DNA from: Ruminococcus flavefaciens
GTDB taxonomy: Bacteria > Bacillota > Clostridia > Oscillospirales > Ruminococcaceae
Assembly (NCBI GenBank): GCA_002371825.1
Contig: DFHF01000022.1
Span: 5,101-69,100 of the forward strand
Direction: 5' to 3'
Length of the DNA: 64,000 nt
Position 1 is the first letter of the stretch. Each line of letters opens with the position of its first letter. Shown here one piece after another: positions 56,306-64,000 of this stretch. The notes beneath the pieces were generated by a model. It was given only the letters and a program-made list of their open reading frames with translations. It did not search any database and was not told the DNA's origin. Made by a program: the position numbers and the translations under genes.

Positions 56306-57583
56306 ATGTCAGATTCAATACTCATCAGAAATGTTCGTGCAGTGGACACAGTAAATGACAGTATAACAGATGTATATATAAAAGACGGCATTATCGCTGA
56401 GACCGGGGTATCCCTCTCTGTCAGCGCAGATCAGGTCATTGACGGGACCGGTCTGGTACTTATGCCGTCTCTTTTTGATATGCACGTTCACTTCCGTGAT
56501 CCCGGACAGACCCATAAGGAGGATGTGCTGACAGGCTGCTCAGCTGCCCTTGCCGGAGGAGTTACAGGTGTTCTGGCAATGCCGAATACTGTCCCGCCCT
56601 GCGATGATCCTGATATAATCCGCTATATAAAGGACAAAGCCAAGGATACCGGAGTCGAGGTATATCCCGTAGGATGCATAACCGGCGGCATGAAGGGCAA
56701 CGGTCTGTGTGATTATGAGGCTCTTAAAGAGGCTGGCTGCATATGCATATCCGATGACGGCAGACCTGTCGAGAATGCTGAAATGATGAGAAAGGCTCTT
56801 GAACTCTCCAACGAAAACGGACTGCTCGTAGCTTCACACTGCGAGGACCTGAGCATAATCAACAAGGGAATAATGAATAAGGGCGAGACCTCCGAAAAGC
56901 TCGGGGTCAGAGGTATGGACAGAGCCTCTGAGGACTATATCACCGCCCGTGAGATGATACTTGCATCCTCTGTAGGAGCAAGGATACATATCTGCCATGT
57001 CAGCACTGAGGGCAGCTCTGCAATGATACGCTTTGCAAAGTCAAGGGGAGTAAGAGTTACCTGCGAGACCGCTCCGCATTATTTCATGCTCACAGATGAG
57101 CTGCTGATGAAGCGTGATGCAGACTACAGAATGAATCCGCCTCTCCGTACTCCTAAGGACGTAAGGGCGATAATCGATGCCATAAAGGACGGCACTATCG
57201 ACTGCATTATCACAGACCATGCTCCTCATGCTGCTGAGGAAAAAGCAAACTTTGAGACTGCTCCCAACGGTGTAGTTGGTCTGGAGACTTCACTGGCAGC
57301 AACACTTACAGCGCTCTATCATACCGGCGAGATAAGCCTCAACAAAGTTGTGGAGCTCATGTGCGTAAATCCCCGCAGGATACTCGGACTGGAAGTGCCT
57401 TCCGTTGAAAAGGGAAGCAAGGCAGACCTGGTGCTTGCGGATATAGATAAAAAATGGACTGTTGAACCGGAAAAGCTTCATTCAAAGTCCCACAATACAG
57501 TATTCAAGGGAATGACTCTTACGGGAAAGCCTCTCGTAACAATATCCGGCGGAGTCATCCGTTATGACGCAAGAAACGAATAA
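56306..57583 (+). CDS. pyrC: Dihydroorotase
   Basis: DMHVHFRDPG, MPNTVP, SDDG, HCED, HICHVS, ETAPHY, MNPPLR, TDHAPH. Confidence 0.95.
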   Translation: MSDSILIRNVRAVDTVNDSITDVYIKDGIIAETGVSLSVSADQVIDGTGLVLMPSLFDMHVHFRDPGQTHKEDVLTGCSAALAGGVTGVLAMPNTVPPCDDPDIIRYIKDKAKDTGVEVYPVGCITGGMKGNGLCDYEALKEAGCICISDDGRPVENAEMMRKALELSNENGLLVASHCEDLSIINKGIMNKGETSEKLGVRGMDRASEDYITAREMILASSVGARIHICHVSTEGSSAMIRFAKSRGVRVTCETAPHYFMLTDELLMKRDADYRMNPPLRTPKDVRAIIDAIKDGTIDCIITDHAPHAAEEKANFETAPNGVVGLETSLAATLTALYHTGEISLNKVVELMCVNPRRILGLEVPSVEKGSKADLVLADIDKKWTVEPEKLHSKSHNTVFKGMTLTGKPLVTISGGVIRYDARNE

Positions 57584-57605
57584 TCATTTTCAAGGAGGAA
57601 ATACT

Positions 57606-58529
57606 ATGTCATTTGACAGACTTATCAAGAAGATCATCGAACTCAAAAATCCTACAGTGGTGGGCCTTGACCCTAAGCTTGACTATGTACCTGAGTTCAT
57701 CAAGCGCCGCTACCTCGACAGCGACGGCTGGACCCTCAAGGCTGCTGCAAAGGCAATATTCGACTTCAATCAGGCTATAATCGACGAGATACACGATGTT
57801 GTGCCTGCAATAAAGCCTCAGGCTGCATATTATGAGATGTACGGCCACTACGGTATCAGAACTCTTGAAAAGACTATCCGTTATGCAAAGCTCAACGGAA
57901 TGTTCGTTATGACAGACGGAAAGAGAAATGATATCGGAGCTACTATGGAGGCCTACACAAACGCTCACCTTGGCACTGTAACTATCGGTGACAGCGAGAT
58001 AGAGCCTTTCGGCGCTGATGCACTCACAGTTAACGGCTATCTCGGTACAGACGGTATAGCCCCTCTCCTCAATGTATGCAGAGAGAAGGATAAGGGCATA
58101 TTCGTGCTGGTAAAGACATCAAACCCCTCCTCCGGCGAGTTACAGGATATGAAGCTTGCTGACGGACGCACTATATATGAGTGCATGGGAGATATGTGTG
58201 AGAAGTGGGGGGAGGATACAAGAGGCGAATACGGCTATTCCGCAGTAGGAGCAGTTGTAGGAGCAACATATCCGGAAATGCTCACAGAGCTGAGACAGAG
58301 ACTTCCCCACACAATGTTCCTTGTTCCCGGCTACGGCGCTCAGGGCGGCGGAGCAGAAGGCCTCAAGGGCGGCTTTGACGCAAACGGTCTTGGAGCTATC
58401 GTAAACTCCTCCCGTGCAGTAATGTGCGCTTACAAGAAGGAAGAGTGCGACGAGAGAGACTTTGCAAAGGCTGCAAGAAGAGAAGTCATCCGCATGAGGG
58501 ATGATATCTGTCAGTATATCAATCTCTGA
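57606..58529 (+). CDS. pyrF: Orotidine-5'-phosphate decarboxylase (type 2)
   Basis: VVGLDP, KPQAAYYE, DGKRNDIGAT, VKTSNPSS, GAVVGATYP, LVPGYGAQGG, NSSR. Confidence 0.95.
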   Translation: MSFDRLIKKIIELKNPTVVGLDPKLDYVPEFIKRRYLDSDGWTLKAAAKAIFDFNQAIIDEIHDVVPAIKPQAAYYEMYGHYGIRTLEKTIRYAKLNGMFVMTDGKRNDIGATMEAYTNAHLGTVTIGDSEIEPFGADALTVNGYLGTDGIAPLLNVCREKDKGIFVLVKTSNPSSGELQDMKLADGRTIYECMGDMCEKWGEDTRGEYGYSAVGAVVGATYPEMLTELRQRLPHTMFLVPGYGAQGGGAEGLKGGFDANGLGAIVNSSRAVMCAYKKEECDERDFAKAARREVIRMRDDICQYINL

Positions 58530-58545
58530 TTTAAACAGTGATGTC

Positions 58546-59208
58546 ATGAATAAAAAGAGCATTTTAGCACTCGGTCTTTCAATGATAATGTTATGTCCGG
58601 GCGGCTGCGGGAAAGCGTCCGGCAGCAGCTCGGAGGATACTGATGCTGCGGTGATAGTTGAACATATCACAGCAGCAGAAAAGGAAAGCGAGGAAACTGC
58701 CGTATATAAATTCAGAAATGCTTCTGCTGAAGAAGAGAAGAAGATGTGGGAACGCCAATATGCCGGAGAATGGATATACGGTGTTGGCGGGGCTAACGGT
58801 GAAAATGAGTTTGCACTCTTTCTTGGAAAAGTCATAGCCCGATTTGGCAGGAATGATTCTCTCAGTTCAGATTGGGAGAATATGTATTCCTATCCTATAA
58901 TCGCTGAAAATGAAAAGGGCGAGGAGCTGCTTATCGAGATATATCACGGTGCCGGCGGTCCGTCATATTCTCTTCCCACTGATTTCAAAGATGATGAGGA
59001 AAAAGAAAAATACGAGCAGGCTGCAAAGGCTCTCGTAGAATATATCCAGAGTGCAGAGCCGGCAGACTATGAACTGGAGACGGTATATGAGGATATACCC
59101 GTTAATGTAAAATACTCTGTAAAGAACGGAGCAGCAAAGGTGGAGTCAGAATTCCCTGAGGACTTTGAGGACTATGGAATGGAAGACTTCGATCCTGATG
59201 ATTTTTAA
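58546..59208 (+). CDS. Putative lipoprotein inserted between pyrF and carA
   Basis: MNKKSILALGLSMIMLCPGGCG signal/lipobox-like start; acidic 220-aa ORF; weak RBS. Confidence 0.6.
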   Translation: MNKKSILALGLSMIMLCPGGCGKASGSSSEDTDAAVIVEHITAAEKESEETAVYKFRNASAEEEKKMWERQYAGEWIYGVGGANGENEFALFLGKVIARFGRNDSLSSDWENMYSYPIIAENEKGEELLIEIYHGAGGPSYSLPTDFKDDEEKEKYEQAAKALVEYIQSAEPADYELETVYEDIPVNVKYSVKNGAAKVESEFPEDFEDYGMEDFDPDDF

Positions 59209-59307
59209 GCTGCAATAAATACATATAAGAAATTCTCCGCACAATGGCGTGCGGAAGAAATAAAACATCAACTATCCGACCTCTAACAATAACAAGGAGG
59301 AATAAAA

Positions 59308-60405
59308 ATGTCATTATTCAACATGGGCAAAAAAGCCTATCTCATGCTTGCTGACGGACAGGTGTTCGAGGGCAGGAGCTTCGGTGCAGAGGGCACTGTT
59401 ATCGGTGAGGTAGTATTCACTACCGGACTTACCGGCTATCAGGAGACTCTCACTGACCCCAGCTACTACGGACAGATAGTCACACAGACCTTTCCGCTTA
59501 TCGGAAACTACGGTGTGAACTCACAGGACAACGAGTCCGCAAAGTCCTACGTTACAGGATATATCGTCCGTGAGTGGTGCAATGCACCCTCAAACTTCCG
59601 CTGCGAGGGCAATATCAACGATTTCCTGAAGGATCACAACATCGTGGGCATCAATAATATCGATACCCGCCGCCTTACACGCACTATCCGTGAGGTGGGA
59701 GTAATGAACGGTGTTATCACCACTGATGATGTATACGCAAAGAAGGATGAACTCCTTGAAAAGATAAGAGCTTTCTCTGTCAGGGACGCTGTAAAGTCAG
59801 TCACCAACACTGAGATACTGACCTATGAGCCGGAGGAAAAGAAGTACCGTGTAGTACTTTTCGATTTCGGCTACAAGCGCAACATCCGTCAGGAGCTTAT
59901 CAAGCGTGGATGCGAAGTTATTGTCGTGCCTGCAAACACAACAGCAGAGCAGGTAAAGGAGATCGCCCCGGACGGCATAATGCTCTCCAACGGCCCCGGA
60001 GACCCGGCTGAGAATGTTGAGATAATCGAGAACATCAAGGATATTGAAAAGCTTGGCATACCGATATTCGGTATCTGCCTCGGACATCAGCTCATGGCGC
60101 TTGCCAACGGCGGACGCACTGAGAAGCTGAAATACGGTCACAGAGGAGCAAATCAGCCTGTTATAGACCTGGAAAGCGGTCTTACCTATGTTACCAGCCA
60201 GAACCACGGCTATGCGGTTATAGGTGACAGCATCGCTCCCTCTGTGGGACACGTTTCACACATCAACGCAAATGACAAGACCTGCGAGGGCATACGTTAT
60301 ACCTCAGTCAATGCATTTACGGTACAGTTCCACCCCGAGGCCCACGGCGGCCCACTGGATACATCGTATCTGTTTGACGAATTCGTTAAAACAATGGAAA
60401 AATGA
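59308..60405 (+). CDS. carA: Carbamoyl-phosphate synthase small subunit
   Basis: GEVVFTTGLTGYQETLTDPSY, SNGPGDP, GICLGHQL, SQNHGY, QFHPEA. Confidence 0.97.
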   Translation: MSLFNMGKKAYLMLADGQVFEGRSFGAEGTVIGEVVFTTGLTGYQETLTDPSYYGQIVTQTFPLIGNYGVNSQDNESAKSYVTGYIVREWCNAPSNFRCEGNINDFLKDHNIVGINNIDTRRLTRTIREVGVMNGVITTDDVYAKKDELLEKIRAFSVRDAVKSVTNTEILTYEPEEKKYRVVLFDFGYKRNIRQELIKRGCEVIVVPANTTAEQVKEIAPDGIMLSNGPGDPAENVEIIENIKDIEKLGIPIFGICLGHQLMALANGGRTEKLKYGHRGANQPVIDLESGLTYVTSQNHGYAVIGDSIAPSVGHVSHINANDKTCEGIRYTSVNAFTVQFHPEAHGGPLDTSYLFDEFVKTMEK

Positions 60406-60485
60406 GAATGAAGAATGGAGAATAAAATCAGTCAGCGAAGCTGCTGCGGCAATTCTCAATTATCAATTTTAAATTCTCAATTCTG
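60404..60485. repeat. Heptamer-repeat inverted element between carA and carB
   Basis: gagaatg-aagaatg-gagaata ... cagc-gaa-gctg ... aattctc-aattatc-aatttta-aattctc-aattctg. Confidence 0.75.
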
Positions 60486-60505
60486 AATATTTGGAGGTAA
60501 ATAGT

Positions 60506-63500
60506 ATGCCATTAAGAAGTGATATAAAAAAGGTACTGGTTATCGGCTCAGGTCCTATCGTTATCGGACAAGCAGCCGAATTTGACTACGCAGGCACTCA
60601 GGCCTGCCGTGCTCTTCGTCAGGAGGGACTTGAAGTAGTTCTGGTGAACTCCAACCCTGCTACTATCATGACCGACAAGGCCATGGCAGACAAGGTATAT
60701 ATCGAGCCCCTTACACTTGACGTTATAAAGCGTATAATTGAAATAGAAAAGCCGGACAGCCTGCTGTCCACACTGGGCGGACAGACTGGTCTTACCCTTT
60801 CCATGCAGCTTGCAGAGGAGGGATTCCTTGAATCCCACAATGTAAAGCTCCTGGGAGCTGATCCCCTGACTATCCACAAGGCAGAGGACAGACAGGCTTT
60901 CAAGGACACTATGGAGAAGATAGGCGAGCCTGTTATCCCCTCAAAGGTAGTGGAGACTGTCGAGGACGCTATGGACTTTGCCAAGGTAATAAGCTACCCT
61001 GTAATAGTTCGTCCTGCATTTACTCTCGGAGGCACCGGCGGCGGTATCGCCAACAACGAGGAGGAGCTCCACGAGATAGCTACCAACGGACTCCGCCTTT
61101 CACCTATCACACAGATACTTGTTGAAAAGTGCATAAGCGGCTGGAAGGAAATAGAGTTCGAGGTAATCCGTGACGCAAAGGGCAACGTTATCACAGTCTG
61201 CTCAATGGAGAACTTCGACCCCGTAGGTGTCCACACCGGCGACAGTATCGTTATAGCTCCGGCAGTTACACTTTCTGACAGGGAGTACCAGATGCTCCGT
61301 ACAGCTGCCATAAACATTATCAAGGAGCTGAAGGTAGAGGGCGGCTGCAACTGTCAGTTCGCACTTCATCCCACAAGCTTTGAGTACGCAGTTATCGAGG
61401 TTAACCCCAGAGTTTCCCGTTCATCTGCGCTTGCTTCAAAGGCTACAGGCTATCCTATTGCTAAGACTGCCGCAAAGATAGCCATAGGCTACACTCTTGA
61501 CGAGATAATCAATCAGGTAACAGGCAAGACCTATGCCTGCTTTGAGCCTGCCCTTGACTATGTAGTTATAAAGTTCCCCAAGTGGGCGTTTGATAAATTC
61601 GTATACGCAAAGCGTACTCTTGGTACACAGATGAAGGCTACCGGAGAGGTAATGGCTATCGGCACCAGCTTTGAGCAGGCAATGATGAAGGCTGTCCGCT
61701 CCATAGAGCTGGGACTTGACACCATGAACCTGAAAAAGCTTGCAAAGCTTTCCACAGAGGAGATAAGAGAGAAGCTCCACGTTATCGACGATGAGCGTTC
61801 ATTCGTTGTATTCGAGGCTCTCAAGAGGGGCATAACTCCCGAGGAGATACACGAGATAACCATGATAGACAACTGGTTCCTCTATAAGCTCCTGAATCTT
61901 GTTGAGCTGGAGAAGTGGCTTGCTGAGGGCGAGCTTACAGAGGAGAAGTACGATATTGCCAAGCAGTACGGCTACCTTGACTCCACTATCGAGCGTATTT
62001 CCGGCCAGAAGTGTCCCAAGCACAAGAGTGCCGTATACAAAATGGTAGATACCTGCGCCGGCGAGTTCAAGGCTGAGACTCCTTACTTCTACTCCACATT
62101 CGATGACGAGAACGAGGCAAAGCAGTTTATCGAGCGTACAGACAAGGGCAAGAAGAAGGTAATAGTTTTCGGCTCCGGACCTATCCGTATCGGACAGGGA
62201 ATCGAGTTCGACTACTGCTCCGTACACTGTGTATGGACTCTGAAGGAGCTGGGCTACGAGGCAGTGATCTGCAACAACAACCCTGAGACCGTCTCCACTG
62301 ACTTCGATACAGGTGACAGACTTTACTTCGACCCCCTCACAAAGGAGGATGTTGAGTCTATAATCGAGACTGAAAAGCCTTACGGAGTTGTTGTACAGTT
62401 CGGCGGACAGACAGCTATCAAGCTCACAAGACACCTCTCCGACATGGGAGTGCGTATCCTGGGAACATCTGCTGACATGATAGATGCCGCAGAGGACAGA
62501 GAGCGTTTTGACGAAGTGCTTGAAAAGTGCGGCATTCCCCGTCCGGCAGGCCACACTGTAATGACTACAGAGGAGGCTGTTGCCGCTGCTGAGGACTTAG
62601 GCTATCCTGTGCTTCTGAGACCTTCATATGTTCTCGGCGGACAGAATATGATAATCGCTCACTCAAAGGCAGATGTTATCGAGTACATGGGAATAATCAC
62701 CAGCCATATGATAGAGAACCCTGTCCTCATCGACAAGTACATGATGGGTACTGAGGTCGAGGTAGACGCTATCTGTGACGGAGAGGACTTCCTTATCCCC
62801 GGTATCATGGAGCATATCGAGAGAGCCGGTGTTCACTCCGGAGACTCCATATCCATATACCCTGCACAGCACCTTTCAGACCGTATCAAGCGCATAATCG
62901 TTGAGTATACACGCAAGCTGGCCAAGGAGCTCAATGTTATCGGACTTGTCAACATACAGTATGTTGTTTACAACCACGAGGTTTACGTTATAGAGGTAAA
63001 TCCCCGTTCTTCAAGAACAGTTCCCTACATCAGCAAGGTAACCGGAATACCTATGGTTGACATTGCCACAAAGATAATGTTCGGTGCAAAGCTGAAGGAC
63101 ATGGGCTATGAGAGCGGACTCTATCCTGCCGGCGACTATGTTGCAGTAAAGGTTCCGGTATTCAGCTTTGAGAAGCTGACAGACGTTGACACCATGCTTG
63201 GACCTGAGATGAAGTCCACAGGTGAATGCCTCGGAATCGGAAGAAATCTTGAGGACGCCCTGCTGAAGGGACTTATCGCCGCAGGCTTTGACCTTAAGCG
63301 TGAGGGCGGAGTTCTGATATCTGTAAGAGATACGGACAAGCAGGAGATACTGCCTATAGCTGATAAGTTCGAGCAGATGGGATTTGAGCTCTATGCCACA
63401 TCGGGAACACAGTCAGTGCTGCACAGAAATATGATAGCCGCACATCTTGTCCGTAAGATATCGGAGGGTGAGCCAAATGCAGTAACGCTGCTTGAAAGCG

Positions 63501-63697
63501 GAAAGATACACTATGTTATATCCACATCTGCAAAGGGAAGACTGCCTGAGCGTGACAGCGTAAAGATGCGCCGAAAGTCAATAGAGCGCTCTATATGCAG
63601 CCTTACAGCGATAGACACCGCAAAGGCGCTGGCAAAGGTGCTTGAATCAGGCAGAACAATAAATGATGTTGAATTGGTGGATATCACAAAAATTTAA
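60506..63697 (+). CDS. carB: Carbamoyl-phosphate synthase large subunit
   Basis: MPLRSDIKKVLVIGSGPIVIGQAAEFDY, duplicated ATP-grasp halves, MKSTGE, C-terminal MGS domain; RBS ggaggt. Confidence 0.97.
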   Translation: MPLRSDIKKVLVIGSGPIVIGQAAEFDYAGTQACRALRQEGLEVVLVNSNPATIMTDKAMADKVYIEPLTLDVIKRIIEIEKPDSLLSTLGGQTGLTLSMQLAEEGFLESHNVKLLGADPLTIHKAEDRQAFKDTMEKIGEPVIPSKVVETVEDAMDFAKVISYPVIVRPAFTLGGTGGGIANNEEELHEIATNGLRLSPITQILVEKCISGWKEIEFEVIRDAKGNVITVCSMENFDPVGVHTGDSIVIAPAVTLSDREYQMLRTAAINIIKELKVEGGCNCQFALHPTSFEYAVIEVNPRVSRSSALASKATGYPIAKTAAKIAIGYTLDEIINQVTGKTYACFEPALDYVVIKFPKWAFDKFVYAKRTLGTQMKATGEVMAIGTSFEQAMMKAVRSIELGLDTMNLKKLAKLSTEEIREKLHVIDDERSFVVFEALKRGITPEEIHEITMIDNWFLYKLLNLVELEKWLAEGELTEEKYDIAKQYGYLDSTIERISGQKCPKHKSAVYKMVDTCAGEFKAETPYFYSTFDDENEAKQFIERTDKGKKKVIVFGSGPIRIGQGIEFDYCSVHCVWTLKELGYEAVICNNNPETVSTDFDTGDRLYFDPLTKEDVESIIETEKPYGVVVQFGGQTAIKLTRHLSDMGVRILGTSADMIDAAEDRERFDEVLEKCGIPRPAGHTVMTTEEAVAAAEDLGYPVLLRPSYVLGGQNMIIAHSKADVIEYMGIITSHMIENPVLIDKYMMGTEVEVDAICDGEDFLIPGIMEHIERAGVHSGDSISIYPAQHLSDRIKRIIVEYTRKLAKELNVIGLVNIQYVVYNHEVYVIEVNPRSSRTVPYISKVTGIPMVDIATKIMFGAKLKDMGYESGLYPAGDYVAVKVPVFSFEKLTDVDTMLGPEMKSTGECLGIGRNLEDALLKGLIAAGFDLKREGGVLISVRDTDKQEILPIADKFEQMGFELYATSGTQSVLHRNMIAAHLVRKISEGEPNAVTLLESGKIHYVISTSAKGRLPERDSVKMRRKSIERSICSLTAIDTAKALAKVLESGRTINDVELVDITKI

Positions 63698-63737
63698 CAC
63701 ATAATCTGTATAATTTGTGATAATTCATCTCATTTAC

Positions 63738-63766
63738 TTGACATCCCCGATATGAAATGATATAAT
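63738..63766 (+). promoter_or_regulatory. Consensus SigA promoter
   Basis: TTGACA-17-TATAAT with extended TG. Confidence 0.75.
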
Positions 63767-63799
63767 TTTTATATGAAATCTTTATTATAGGGGGTTCGT

Positions 63800-64000
63800 A
63801 TGGCTTTAGTTAATTCAAAGTGTTACTATTGTAACAGACCTGTTCAGGTCGATAGTGAAAAGGATGCATGGATATGTCCTGAATGCGGAGAGCCTTTTAT
63901 AGTTGAAAAGTCTATCCGTCTGTCCAGAAATGAAAAGATCAAGCCCAGAAGAAGAGTACTCGTTACCCCTGTAAGGGCGGTAAATCACAGTTCAGAGCCT
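63800..64000 (+). CDS. Zinc-ribbon protein, 3'-truncated by window edge
   Basis: RBS ggggg; MALVNSKCYYCNRPVQVDSEKDAWICPECGEPF (CxxC...CPECG); frame open to the window end. Confidence 0.65.
   Translation, partial: MALVNSKCYYCNRPVQVDSEKDAWICPECGEPFIVEKSIRLSRNEKIKPRRRVLVTPVRAVNHSSEP

Overview
64 kb of core chromosome from a cellulosome-producing Ruminococcus, most likely R. flavefaciens-like. The assignment is inferred from two Ruminococcus-type dockerins and the gene content. I see no tRNA/rRNA genes, CRISPR arrays, transposases or prophage. Gene content in order: end of a thiamine operon (thiC-thiH-tenI-like-thiE) plus a SIMPL gene; an ECF sigma/anti-sigma pair; a five-gene envelope operon (cell-wall-repeat/transglutaminase-like protein, lipoprotein, AlgI-like MBOAT, AlgJ-like DHHW protein, dockerin protein); a degenerate GGDEF sensor plus sugar-binding lipoprotein; a minimal sufC-sufB pair; bioY-bioB-bioD-bioA with a BirA box; sulP; a tepA-ftsK-ygiQ-comEC-like...cmk-plsC-ispH/rpsA cluster; a CBM35-GH26-dockerin mannanase; hup plus a PAKK-rich protein; an RHH regulator plus clpB; a VTC-DUF4956-Cthe_2159-like cluster; an Rrf2 regulator; an EVE/two-component/NSS cluster; a spoIVF-like locus; metY; trmB; and the pyrR-pyrC-pyrF-(lipoprotein)-carA-carB operon with its PyrR attenuator. 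Best leads: (1) a 90-nt three-hairpin leader present twice (35270-35359 and 54461-54550, 82/90 identical), each directly behind a TTGATT-17-TATAAT promoter and in front of unrelated genes; (2) the VTC-DUF4956-lipoprotein cluster with a TTTAAG-N5-TTTAAG box in CiaR geometry, a candidate bacterial polyphosphate synthesis/export system; (3) an orphan ~255-nt sRNA candidate (42120 to 41866, minus) with promoter, upstream iterons, C-rich anti-SD loops and terminator; (4) REP-like palindrome clusters with covarying stems; (5) an O-acetylation operon ending in a dockerin protein. Family assignments come from motif recognition by eye, not from database searches.
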